This document shows, one piece after another, positions 49,972 through 60,211 of a stretch of DNA of 64,000 nucleotides. The stretch is from an uncultured delta proteobacterium (GTDB lineage: Bacteria > Desulfobacterota > Syntrophia > Syntrophales > UBA2185). Under the pieces are notes generated by a model, which worked only from the letters and a program-made list of their open reading frames with translations, searched no databases and was not told the DNA's origin. How positions within the stretch are numbered: position 1 is the first letter of the stretch; each line of letters opens with the position of its first letter. The position numbers were made by a program, and so were the translations under genes. The stretch is from assembly GCA_963729715.1 (NCBI GenBank), contig CAVSPA010000018.1, forward strand, positions 26,942 to 90,941, read 5' to 3'.

Positions 49972-51894
49972 ATGCCGCACATAACTTTTCAACCATCCGG
50001 GATTGTAATCAACGTTAAGGCGAATACGATGCTCCTCGACGCGGCGCGCCTCGCCGGCGTGGAGATAGACGCCCCCTGCGGCGGCAAGGGTACCTGCGGC
50101 AACTGCTCTGTGCGCATCGTCTCCGGACAGGTTCTCTGCGAAAGCCTCGACGTGTTGACTCAGGCGGAAATCGATCAGGGCTTTGTTCCAACCTGCCACA
50201 CATCTGTACTGGATTCCGATGTTGTTGTTGATGTGCCAGATCAGGCGGGACGTCTCGGCGGTCAGTTCAGCGACCATGACGGTATAAGGCTTATCGATGC
50301 GGCGCTGCTCCCCACTCCGGAAGACTGCCAGCCCTTGACCGAAAAGATAAGCATCTCCGTTCCGCCCCCGCAGAAGGCCGACGGCCTGTCGGATATTGAC
50401 CGTCTCATATGTACACTTCGGCAGCGGCTTGGCAAGGACGAGTTCATTGTTCCCCTTGCTGTCATCCGTAATTTAGCCGACGCCCTGCGCGCAGCCGGCG
50501 GGAATATAACCGTCACCCTGATCGCGCAAACCCCATCAGAGTCTAATTCCACCAATATCAGAAGATACCGCGTCACGGCTCTCGAAGCGAATAACGGCAC
50601 GGACAGGCACTATGGGATCGCCGTTGACGTGGGCACGACGACAGTTGCGGCGCAGCTGGTCGATCTCTCCGATATGAAAGTCATCTCCACGCGCACCGAT
50701 TATAACGGCCAGCTCGCCTGTGGTCTCGACGTCATCAGCCGTATTGATTATGCACGCCGGCCGGACCGCCGGTGGGAGCTCCGCACACGCGTACTTCGGA
50801 CTATCAACCGTCTCATAGAGCAGTCGGCCCATCACGACCAGATCGAACATTCTGAAATCGCATGCGCCGTGGTATCCGGCAACACGACTATGATGCATCT
50901 CCTCCTCGGTCTGAACCCCGAATACATCCGGCTCGCACCATATACGCCGACGGTTCTCGACGTGCCCTTCTTCACCGCGTCGGAGGTGGGGATCGCCATA
51001 ACTCCCTCCGCACCTGTGATGATCTCGCCCGCCGTGGGAAGCTATGTAGGCGGAGACATCACCGCGGGTATTCTCTGCACGGATTTATGCAACGACAGCG
51101 ACGGAGTCTGCCTCTTTATGGATGTCGGCACGAATGGCGAGGTCGTCATAGGCAATAGGGATTTTCTTCTGACATGCGCCTGCTCTGTCGGCCCTGCCTT
51201 CGAAGGCGGCGGGATCAAATGCGGGATGAGGGCGGCTCACGGGGCTATCGAAAAAGTGGATGTAGATCCGGCAACAGGACTGGCGACATGCCGGACTATC
51301 GGCCAGGTCAGGCCCCGCGGCGTCTGCGGCTCCGGCATGATATCGCTTCTCGCTCAACTTTTGGAAACAGGCTGGATCGACGCTGCCGGAAAATTGAAAC
51401 GCTCCGCACCATCAGAAGCCATTCAAATCAATGGTCGCCAGGCAGCCTATACCTTGGTCTCAGCAAAGGAGAGCGCCACCGGCCGCGCAATCACTCTCGA
51501 AGAGAAGGACATCGAAAACATCATCCGTGCGAAGGCCGCGTTATATGCCGCCTGTGCGCTCATGCTGACGCAGATAGATATGGAATATCACAATCTCCGG
51601 AAGGTCTATATCGCCGGCGGGTTCGGCAGATTTCTCGACCTCGATGCGGCCATAACGATCGGCCTCCTTCCGAATCTGCCGCGGGACCGTTTTCATTTTA
51701 TCGGCAACTCTTCTCTTGCGGGGAGCCGCATGGTCCTCGTATCGGAGAAGCACCGGAAACTGCAGCGCCTGCATGCCCGACGGATGACATATCTGGAACT
51801 CACAACGGACCCGTCCTATATGAATGAGTATACTGCGGCCCTTTTTCTTCCCCATACCAACCCGAAGCGCTTCCACCAGAAAGATATCGTGTAA
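49972..51894 (+). CDS. acsV: ASKHA-type reductive activator of corrinoid protein (RACo/AcsV)
   Basis: N-terminal [2Fe-2S] CGGKGTCGNC; DVGTTT, GNTTM, YVGGDI, DVGTNGE, GPAFEG, AGGFG, GNSSL. Confidence 0.92.
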   Translation: MPHITFQPSGIVINVKANTMLLDAARLAGVEIDAPCGGKGTCGNCSVRIVSGQVLCESLDVLTQAEIDQGFVPTCHTSVLDSDVVVDVPDQAGRLGGQFSDHDGIRLIDAALLPTPEDCQPLTEKISISVPPPQKADGLSDIDRLICTLRQRLGKDEFIVPLAVIRNLADALRAAGGNITVTLIAQTPSESNSTNIRRYRVTALEANNGTDRHYGIAVDVGTTTVAAQLVDLSDMKVISTRTDYNGQLACGLDVISRIDYARRPDRRWELRTRVLRTINRLIEQSAHHDQIEHSEIACAVVSGNTTMMHLLLGLNPEYIRLAPYTPTVLDVPFFTASEVGIAITPSAPVMISPAVGSYVGGDITAGILCTDLCNDSDGVCLFMDVGTNGEVVIGNRDFLLTCACSVGPAFEGGGIKCGMRAAHGAIEKVDVDPATGLATCRTIGQVRPRGVCGSGMISLLAQLLETGWIDAAGKLKRSAPSEAIQINGRQAAYTLVSAKESATGRAITLEEKDIENIIRAKAALYAACALMLTQIDMEYHNLRKVYIAGGFGRFLDLDAAITIGLLPNLPRDRFHFIGNSSLAGSRMVLVSEKHRKLQRLHARRMTYLELTTDPSYMNEYTAALFLPHTNPKRFHQKDIV

Positions 51895-52076
51895 TAAAGA
51901 TTACTTTCCTTTCACCTCCTTCTCATGCCCTGCAATTTTTCCATGAAGAGCCACAATATGAGCATCACGGAGCAGGACGTGAAGAAGATGATCAAGCCCG
52001 CATGACACACCTGCGACAATACCGGACAAATCCTATTCCATATCGCGGTGACAAACTTTCTGCCCTGCCGAGCAGG

Positions 52077-53237
52077 TCAACGTTTAACTCCGGCGCCTTT
52101 GGTGTAGGCTTGCCGCTCCGTGAGGAAGCGGTTCACATAGTCCCTCGGGTCTTGCGGAGGGGCCGTCTCCGTGTCCCTGCTGACCAAGGCGAGTGAGCGG
52201 GTCGGGCACTCGTAGGCGCACACGCCGCAGCCGAGGCAGCGATCCGCATCGCGGCCACTCGCCTTTCCTTTCTTGTTTTTCGCCTCTGGAGATTCCTGCA
52301 GCGACAAGGCATCCATCGGACATCGTTTCACGCAGAGACCGCAGGCCTTGCATGTTTCCGCCTTTACCGACATGATGAAATTGGACGCGTCCATGCTCTT
52401 GCCGTGTTTCAGGACATGGAAGGATTCGAACCACATACAGCAGCAATTGCAGCAGTTGCAGCAGTTGCAGATTGTATCAACACCCGTGCGCCAGTTGGAG
52501 ATGCCATGAACAAGACCTTCCTCGGCGGCCTGTTTGAGAATATTCCTGGCTTCCTGTATGGTAATTGATTGTCCCAGGCCATTCTCCACCATGTAGCGAG
52601 TAAGGGTGCCGAAGTGCAGACAGTTTTCCGTTGAGTATTTGCAGTCCGGCGCTGCCGGGTCGAGGTTCTTTCGGTGCCTGCAGGGGCAGACCGCCACGCA
52701 GAATTCGCTTTGCTCCTCCAGAACCTTTGCGACATCTTCATAGGGAAGAATCTTCTTACCCGCCTCGACGTCAAGGGCTGTCTCCACAGGAATGGCGCGG
52801 AGTCCTCTCGTCCGGACGCCCTCGTAAGGGTCAAGCAAACCGGCGTGGAAATAGGCGTTCACTCTCGGAGCCACGCGCCAGCTGTGTTCATCCATCCTGC
52901 CAGGCCAGAAGGAGCTGCGAAGGAAGACTAAAAATGCATCATTCAAGCCGTAGAATAACTCTTCCCCCTTCTTCATCCGGAAGACGAGGCCTTTCTGCTC
53001 CATGGCGTCGAGTGCGCGCGCAAGTCCGGCCGCGGCCATCCCCTTCTGGGCCGCAAGTTCCCCTACATTCTTCGGCGAAAAGGGCATACCGGTCAGCAGG
53101 GTCGCCTCCTCTTCGGAATAACGGGACTTGACGGCAGTCAGAAGTTCTTCGGAGTCCGGCAAGCCGTACCAGGACCTTTTTAGTCAGGCGATGAATTCAT
53201 TGTAAACGGACTTATTCTCCAGACCATCCTCTTTCAT
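52077..53237 (-). CDS. 4Fe-4S dicluster protein; full frame contains an in-frame TGA at codon 18
   Basis: ATG 53237 overlaps the upstream stop (ATGA); MKEDGLENKSVYNEFIA*LKRSWYGLPDS; CPCR, ICNCCNCCNCCC, CKACGLC..CP, CLGCGVC..CP. Confidence 0.8.
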
Positions 53238-54265
53238 ACGAGACTAAATTTTAATTCACCGAGGTTTTCTATAACTGTGGTGAGCTTGTCGCCGGCCTTG
53301 AGCCACACCTGCTTGTCAGGTGGCTTGCCGAAGATCACACCCTCCGGCGTGCCGGTGAAAAATATATCGCCAGGCTTCAGAGTGAAGTGCTGCGAGGCGT
53401 AGCTGATAATCGTTTTCACATTGAAGATCATATCGCTCGTGTTGTTGGACTGACGCCGCTGGCCGTTCACGTAGCACTCCAGTTTGAGTTTGTTAGGGTC
53501 AGGAATCTGGTCCGCCGTCACCAGGTACGGGCCAATGGGGGCAAAGCCATCACTGGTTTTTCCAAGCAGGAATTGGCTGGTCTTGCGCTGGAGGTCACGC
53601 GCGCTGAAATCGTTGCCTGTACAGTAGCCGAATACATAAGAGAGTGCGTCCTCCTCGCTCACCCGATACGCAGTTTTTCCCATGACCACCACCAGTTCCA
53701 CTTCGTGATCGAACTTCGTGGCTACATGAGTCGGCAGCTTGATCACGCCGTTATGGCCATTGAGCGTGTTATTGCACTTCGTGAAGAGCACGGGCGAGGT
53801 GGGAATCGGCGTGCCCGTCTCCATTGCATGCTTCCGATAGTTAAAGCCCAGGCACAGGATTTTTTCCGGGTTCGTCACACAGGGGCCAAACTCTATCTTG
53901 CTTTCGTCCAGGAAAATACCTGGCGCTTTATCGCCGCTGACTGCCGCCTGCACCAACGCGGTCAACCCGTGATCCCCAAAGCGGAGCACGTCATTGATAG
54001 TCGTCGGCACTCTCTTTTGAAAGACCCTTGCTGCGGCCTTGACGTCGAGAATGCCTTTCGGGCTCTTCACCCCGAGGCTGTATTCGCCATTTTTGCTGAT
54101 GGTGAGAAAGGTCATACCCTTCGGCATTTCGCCGGGCGCCGCCTTCACTCCGGCCCCGAGGCCTGCACCCGCATAGACATCGCTTCCTACCAACGTGCCC
54201 ACTGTGCCTGCCACGATAGCTGCACCTGTAGTTTTCAAAAAATTTCTGCGACTCGTTTTCATCAC
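53234..54265 (-). CDS. Fumarylacetoacetate hydrolase family protein with Tat signal
   Basis: SRRNFLK; KILCLG.NY..H, DHEVEL, NDFSARD, GK..D.F.P.GP, GD...TGTPEGV. Confidence 0.92.
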   Translation of the reverse strand: MMKTSRRNFLKTTGAAIVAGTVGTLVGSDVYAGAGLGAGVKAAPGEMPKGMTFLTISKNGEYSLGVKSPKGILDVKAAARVFQKRVPTTINDVLRFGDHGLTALVQAAVSGDKAPGIFLDESKIEFGPCVTNPEKILCLGFNYRKHAMETGTPIPTSPVLFTKCNNTLNGHNGVIKLPTHVATKFDHEVELVVVMGKTAYRVSEEDALSYVFGYCTGNDFSARDLQRKTSQFLLGKTSDGFAPIGPYLVTADQIPDPNKLKLECYVNGQRRQSNNTSDMIFNVKTIISYASQHFTLKPGDIFFTGTPEGVIFGKPPDKQVWLKAGDKLTTVIENLGELKFSLV

Positions 54266-54488
54266 CTAACTCCTTGATCGTGGTTTTCTGTAAGTGGAAT
54301 CTGACAACAATTGCCTTCCGGCATCATGGAGTATAGGGGAAGGCATTACTGCATGTCAAGGCGATTTAACTTGCATGTACTCGCGTGATCTTAGCGGGTG
54401 AGGATTGTCTCGACAAACGGCGCTGACTACTGCACTGTCAAATATCTTTTTTGGGCAATTATTGAACTGAGGGTGTAAATCTTTTTTG

Positions 54489-55838
54489 TCAGTGCGGATG
54501 GCCTTCCGTCATCAGCCTTGCATGCACAAATGTGATATGCCCGCGCAGACCGTAGAACTGATCCGCGAACGAGGCAGGCACCTTCATCCTGTTCACCTCT
54601 GCCTCGATGTTGTCGAGCTTTTCATGCAGCTCATTACGCTTGTCGGGCGCCAGTTCCGTTAGGAGATCCCGCTCTATTACCAGCAGCGCACGATACCATT
54701 TGAAGATGCGGGATCTGAAACGCCACTTGTATATGGCGGGTATGAGGCGCATTCCAGGCAGCAACAGAACAATCATTGGAACCAGCACCGCAATGATACG
54801 GTTCACGATACTGGCGAACCAGAAGGGAAGGTACCGGTAGAAGAAACTCTTGCCGGACTTATAAAAGCGGTTCGCGTCATCGCTTATACGGATCTCCTGC
54901 TCGATGGGCGCCGGGAATTCGCCTTTGCTCCTGAAAAGCCCCGGTCCCGAGTGTACCTCGGTCGCAGCTTCAAGCAATACGTCAGAAAGGGCCGGATGCA
55001 GATTCTTCCGCGCAATCAGCTCAACCGCCGGCGCGAGCAGGAAGACATCATTCGCAGGAGTGCCTTTTCCGAAATCTATCGATCCCTTCGGGAGTATAAT
55101 CTTGTTGAGGTATGCGATGCGGCGGGTAAAGGCGTCGGCCTGCGTAAAATCGAAGAGGCGAATACCGTCAGCATGCAGAAGCCGGCGTATGAGATCTGTG
55201 GAGACAGAATCTCCCATCAAAAATACCGCGTCAACCTTGCCGCTTAGAATTGCTTTCGCGGCTTCGTCCGAGTCCATCTCCAGCAGTTTTGTCGGCCCTC
55301 CCGGTTCGATCCCATTGGCAGCCAGCAGCACGAGGGAAAGGGTGTGCGACCCGCTTCCAACCTCGCCAACAGCTATACGCTGGCCGGACAGTTGGGAGAG
55401 GCGCTCTATATTGGACCCGCTCTTGTAGAAAACAAAAAGCGGCATATAAGCGACGCTGCCCAGCGACACAAGATTATCGGTCTTTATGTCTTTATTCACA
55501 CCGCCCTGCACAAATCCTATATCGACTTTTGATGAAGGGTCAGCCAACCTCTTGATGTTTTCCACAGAACCCTCAGACGGAAGTACCTTGAGAGTCACGC
55601 CTTGCCGCTTAAGTATCTTTGCATATTTTTCTGCAATTTTTTCGAATGAGCTGCCCTGCGGACCGCCCGTCATAATAATCGTATTCGGGGGCGCAAAATA
55701 AAAAAACAGAAATATGCTGAGTGCGATTACTGCAAGTATCAGCAGCGCCGCGCTTAACATTGCTGCCCGGCCGAGACCGAAGAACTCCGTGAACATAGAT
55801 TGAAGCTTGCTGAATCCCCATTTTTTATCCAGTCCCAT
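54489..55838 (-). CDS. Membrane-anchored TAXI-family solute-binding protein
   Basis: GSVEN, D.GFVQGG, G.RIAVG..GSG; N- and C-terminal TM segments. Confidence 0.85.
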   Translation of the reverse strand: MGLDKKWGFSKLQSMFTEFFGLGRAAMLSAALLILAVIALSIFLFFYFAPPNTIIMTGGPQGSSFEKIAEKYAKILKRQGVTLKVLPSEGSVENIKRLADPSSKVDIGFVQGGVNKDIKTDNLVSLGSVAYMPLFVFYKSGSNIERLSQLSGQRIAVGEVGSGSHTLSLVLLAANGIEPGGPTKLLEMDSDEAAKAILSGKVDAVFLMGDSVSTDLIRRLLHADGIRLFDFTQADAFTRRIAYLNKIILPKGSIDFGKGTPANDVFLLAPAVELIARKNLHPALSDVLLEAATEVHSGPGLFRSKGEFPAPIEQEIRISDDANRFYKSGKSFFYRYLPFWFASIVNRIIAVLVPMIVLLLPGMRLIPAIYKWRFRSRIFKWYRALLVIERDLLTELAPDKRNELHEKLDNIEAEVNRMKVPASFADQFYGLRGHITFVHARLMTEGHPH

Positions 55839-56283
55839 AGCTGATACCTCATCCTAAGATCATTTCGTAATCGCGCCCATACGAAGCGCTTTCGCATTAG
55901 AGATAATTAGTTCCGTGGAACATGTAACAACCGGCATCAGGATAGCCGGCATAAATGCTGCGCGGAAATTTCTTATCCAATAAGACTTTACTCAAGACCT
56001 TGTAAAGAATAAAGGATGCAGCGCCTGTATGTCAAGAGAGTTTTGCAGCATTGAGATAACCATTGCAGCCGCGAAAGTCGGTAGATGATATTTCTTATAT
56101 GCCTCACAAGCAGGACGCCTGCGGACGTCTATTACCACTCAGCTTTTTCGAAGGCCATAATCATGAATTTCGAACTCATCAATCGGGATTTTACCGATTG
56201 AAAGGCCTCCCGTCATGTCCTATTCTGGTATCAAGGAAATTTGTAATGCGTTGTACACAGATTATGACATGCAGGAGGATATT

Positions 56284-56502
56284 ATGAAAATAATATTGTT
56301 GATCATCATGATTTATGCATTTCTTGTCGGATGCGGAGCAGCAGCCAAGGAATCGGGCTTTTGCGAACATAGAGCCATGTATGCAGGCTGGGACCACCTC
56401 TCGTTCAGCTGGTATGGCTACAGGAATTGAAGTGACAAATATATTAGAGAATCAAAAGCGGAAGCGTGGTGGGGAATCCCTAAGGAATATTCATCCGCCT
56501 AA
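56284..56502 (+). CDS. Small lipoprotein with in-frame TGA (56428-56430)
   Basis: GGAGG RBS, LVGC lipobox; ..WDHLSFSWYGYRN*SDKYIRESKAEAWWGIPKEYSSA*. Confidence 0.6.
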
Positions 56503-56840
56503 TGTACTGCGAAAGGCACAGGAGTCGTGGGGTTTGAGCAGCCGGCAGAAGGGGCATCCGGTAAGACTGCTCTCGTCAGCACCGAGTAGTGAGGTGTCTG
56601 TTACATTTTCATCTCGGACTGACCCTATACTGTCGGATGTGAAATAGGCGACGGGAAGGCATCAGCCGGACAAGTGCTCTCGCGCCTGAAATCCCTGTTC
56701 GAGGTGGGACGGCCTCTCCCCAAATTGTGGTGAAAGGCATGATAACCGATAGAATACGCCGTCTCGCTGCTTTCTTGAGTGGCTTCGTCTAAGGGACGTA
56801 TCCTCGCAGCGAGACGTGCTGCCAAATCCCCTCGCCCATT

Positions 56841-57197
56841 TCATTTGGGATAAGTTCTTGAAACTCCGGGAGCGGGCGGCTCAGGCTGCGGATTGAGATT
56901 AGGACTGAGGTCTGTTTTATCTGAACCTTGGGGCGTGCGATTGACCCCATCTTCACCATATTTATACATTATAATCTTACCATTCTCGACAGAGACCTTA
57001 TCGCCAACGTTAAGCTTTGTAATACCACCGTCGTTTATGCTGATAGTCCTCAATTTTCCCATGTCGTCTTTTACCGTAGCCTTGTTGCCGCTTATCTTGG
57101 TAATTGTCCCTCTGTAAAATTCATAGGCAGCCAAGCAGAAACTCGTCACACTGAGAATAAAAGCCGTAGCAACGATCAAAACAAGAATCTTTTTCAT
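56841..57197 (-). CDS. Small exported OB-fold-like protein with C-terminal LNPQPEPP motif
   Basis: Signal peptide; GTITKI.G..V.D..G..L.VGDKV.V; AGGAG RBS. Confidence 0.7.
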   Translation of the reverse strand: MKKILVLIVATAFILSVTSFCLAAYEFYRGTITKISGNKATVKDDMGKLRTISINDGGITKLNVGDKVSVENGKIIMYKYGEDGVNRTPQGSDKTDLSPNLNPQPEPPAPGVSRTYPK

Positions 57198-57477
57198 ATC
57201 ACCTTGTCTCCTTTCCTACGTCATGTCGGCCTGTTTTTACGCTGTGTCCCGATCTCTCAATCGGGATCATCCGCACTGTTGATTACGTTGATGGGAACTT
57301 GCTCCTGTTTCTGTGGGAGATAACGAAAAACGTTCCCGTATGTCAAGACAGATTTAGCTACAGAATCTGCCGGATGCTGCCGTTTGGCCGCCGTGCTTAT
57401 TCATTTGTTGCTCTTGACTTAACTTTTTCAATCAGGATAGAGTAGCGGGCGCTTAACGGAAGTGGATTTGAAACACA

Positions 57478-58662
57478 ATGCATGAGACCCGCAAATTATT
57501 GACCTTTGAGTTCTTAGGCCTGTGTGTGGTCATCTTTCTCGCCTTATGCAATGTCACCGTCTTCTACAATCTCTTCAATCACCTGCAGACGCTCGGGATA
57601 CCCGCTGATCTGCGCGGGCTGGTGATCGGCTCCTACTCGCTCACCACCATGTTGCTATTCCTGCTGGTAAGCCCCTTTCTTACTCCCGCCAACGCAACAC
57701 GGGCCATGCTGCTCGGAATAGTGGTGTTGATCGTGTGCGGCCTGAGTTACTTCTTCGTCTATTCCTTCTGGGGCCTGCTCGGGTTGCGCATTATAAACGG
57801 CTTGGGGCAGTTCCTCATGAGTGCGGGAGCGATGGCGCTTTTAGTATCCGTTATCCCCAAGGAAAAAAGCGGGCAGGCCTTTGCCATTTACTCCACTGCC
57901 ATTCTTTTGCCGTATGCCGTGGTGCCCGCAGTGATGGATGCCCTGGTTTCCTATATACCCACTCCGCCGCACGGTTATGCAGGCGCCACGCTGACGCTGA
58001 TTCCAGCGGTATGGATTGTCCTGCATCTCCGCCGACGCCGCCTCGAACAGTCACGCGCCGCGGAAAGAAGACATCTTCCCGCCTGGTCGGACATCCGCGC
58101 CAATGTAACGCGGCTGCCGGTCGCGCTGCTGCTTCTGCTGACCACAATTTATTTAAGCATCTGGAGCAGCATTTTCTTCCTGATCAAGGGATTTGCGGAT
58201 GAACAGGGAATCACTAATGTGGGGTCTTTTTTCGCAGTGCAGACGGGACTGATGATTGCGTTTCGTCTTTTGGGCGGGCGGCTGCTCGATGCGTTCGACA
58301 AAGTCCGTATAGTGATGGCCACGTTTGTTATCATCGCCATCGGATATCTGGCACTGGACAACCTGCCCGGCGCGTGGGCGATATCACTGGTCGCGATAAT
58401 CTTCGGGATTGGCATGGGAATGGGACAGCCTACATTCCATGGGTTGATGTTTGAGGTCTCACCTCCCCGCTTCCGCCCCTTGAATGCAAACCTGATTCTC
58501 TTTGCCACGCATGCGGGATTTTTTCTCGGTCCCGTGCTGGGCGGCGCGCTCGTCGCCCGCTGGGGCTATCACGGCTACTTCCTATGCAGCGTGGGGCTGG
58601 TGCTCGCGGCTGCAGCGATCAGCATTCTCCTCACCGGCAGGCGTCAAGAATATTCTGTTTGA
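57478..58662 (+). CDS. MFS transporter
   Basis: About 12 TM helices; LRIINGLG, GG.LLD, GP..GG. Confidence 0.88.
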   Translation: MHETRKLLTFEFLGLCVVIFLALCNVTVFYNLFNHLQTLGIPADLRGLVIGSYSLTTMLLFLLVSPFLTPANATRAMLLGIVVLIVCGLSYFFVYSFWGLLGLRIINGLGQFLMSAGAMALLVSVIPKEKSGQAFAIYSTAILLPYAVVPAVMDALVSYIPTPPHGYAGATLTLIPAVWIVLHLRRRRLEQSRAAERRHLPAWSDIRANVTRLPVALLLLLTTIYLSIWSSIFFLIKGFADEQGITNVGSFFAVQTGLMIAFRLLGGRLLDAFDKVRIVMATFVIIAIGYLALDNLPGAWAISLVAIIFGIGMGMGQPTFHGLMFEVSPPRFRPLNANLILFATHAGFFLGPVLGGALVARWGYHGYFLCSVGLVLAAAAISILLTGRRQEYSV

Positions 58663-58821
58663 AGCCTGCTCCTCTGCAAGGCTACAGCTATCATTCCCGA
58701 TGTCCTGCACAGCAATTGAAGCGTGCAGTTTTATTTTCTTGTTGCATGTTGGAGCTGGGTGGCATTCCGTGTTTTGGAATGCCTTGTGCGCGTCGTCTAA
58801 AAATATTCTTTCAATTTCATC

Positions 58822-59481
58822 CTAATTCGACAAACCTTTCATGGTTGTCAGATTGGGACTGATTGTTAACTTTGCCTGTGTTTTGGCAACAACATCCTCC
58901 GCTGTAACGCCGGGAGCGGTTTCTTCCAGAATTAGACCAAGGCCCTCTGGTATCACACGAATTACGGCCAGTTCAGTTACAATCACGTTGACAACGCCTT
59001 TTCCTGTAAGCGGCAGATCACAAGTCACAAGGATTTTTGGTCCGCCGTCTTTCGAGGTATGCTCCATGCCCACGATAACTTTTTTGGCGCCTGATACCAG
59101 GTCCATCGCACCACCCATGCCCGGAACCATCTTGCCCGGAACCATCCAGTTAGCAAGGTTTCCCTTGCTGTCCACTTGCAGCCCGCCTAAGACAGTAACA
59201 TCGACATGGCCTCCGCGGATCAACATGAAGGAAGTGCAACTATCAAACATCGCTGCGCCCGGAACCAGTCCTACAGGCTGTGCCCCGGCATTGACCAAAT
59301 CCGGATCAACATCTTTCAATGGCCCGATACCAATAAAACCATTTTCTGATTGCAGCATGATATTAACGCCTTTAGGCAGATAATTGGATACCATCGTGGG
59401 AAGCCCGATACCGAGATTGACGACGTCCCCATCCTTGAGCTCTAAAGCGATTCTTCTTGCGATAATTTCTTTGCTATTCAT
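58822..59481 (-). CDS. atoA: Acetate/3-oxoacid CoA-transferase beta subunit
   Basis: [37 protein letters not shown]. Confidence 0.9.
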   Translation of the reverse strand: MNSKEIIARRIALELKDGDVVNLGIGLPTMVSNYLPKGVNIMLQSENGFIGIGPLKDVDPDLVNAGAQPVGLVPGAAMFDSCTSFMLIRGGHVDVTVLGGLQVDSKGNLANWMVPGKMVPGMGGAMDLVSGAKKVIVGMEHTSKDGGPKILVTCDLPLTGKGVVNVIVTELAVIRVIPEGLGLILEETAPGVTAEDVVAKTQAKLTISPNLTTMKGLSN

Positions 59482-60143
59482 TATCGATTTCCTCCTTTAC
59501 CCTCTACAATCCAATCTACAACAACTCCGGTAACCATTACTTCATCGGGGTCAATTCCCCCTATTTCCACGATATGTTTCGCTTCGACAATAACTACATC
59601 TGCAGCAAAAGCCATAATGGGATTGAAATTACGGGTGCTGCGCCGGAAAACTAAATTGCCGAATTTGTCAGCTTTGTGCGCGGACAACAAAGCAACATCG
59701 GCGCGTAAAGGCAATTCCAGCAAATATGCCTTGCCGCCTATTACTAATCTTTGCTTGCCTTCGTCGACAATTGTCCCTACACCCGTGGGTGTAAGAAATC
59801 CTCCCAGTCCTGCTCCGCCGCAGCGAATGCGTTCTGCCAGCGTGCCCTGAGGTATGAGTTCGACATTTAATTCCCCGGTAATCATTTGCCGACCTGTTTC
59901 CGGGTTTGTCCCGATATGCGACACGATCGCTTTTTTCAATTGCTTATTAATTACGAATTTACCAATGCCCACTTGTGGTGTTGCCGTGTCATTAGCAATA
60001 AGGGTTAAATTTCGCACGCCCTTATCTACTAATGCATCTACCATAGCCAGGGGGTTTCCTACTCCCAGGAAACCACCGACCATAATGGTCATTCCATCTT
60101 TGACCATCTCTGTCGCTTTTTCCATGCTTATTGTCTTTTCCAC
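59481..60143 (-). CDS. atoD: Acetate/3-oxoacid CoA-transferase alpha subunit
   Basis: [42 protein letters not shown]. Confidence 0.9.
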   Translation of the reverse strand: MEKTISMEKATEMVKDGMTIMVGGFLGVGNPLAMVDALVDKGVRNLTLIANDTATPQVGIGKFVINKQLKKAIVSHIGTNPETGRQMITGELNVELIPQGTLAERIRCGGAGLGGFLTPTGVGTIVDEGKQRLVIGGKAYLLELPLRADVALLSAHKADKFGNLVFRRSTRNFNPIMAFAADVVIVEAKHIVEIGGIDPDEVMVTGVVVDWIVEGKGGNR

Positions 60144-60211
60144 TTTGCTTGCCCTCCTCGTATTTCGGTGTCGATCTTATATTTTTTCCCCTCATTACAT
60201 TGAAGCGAAGA

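Noticed and set aside
51900..52010. Minus-strand membrane-protein tail (AGLIIFFTSCSVMLILWLFMEKLQGMRRR*)
   Set aside because: Too short to assign; may be a remnant or chance.
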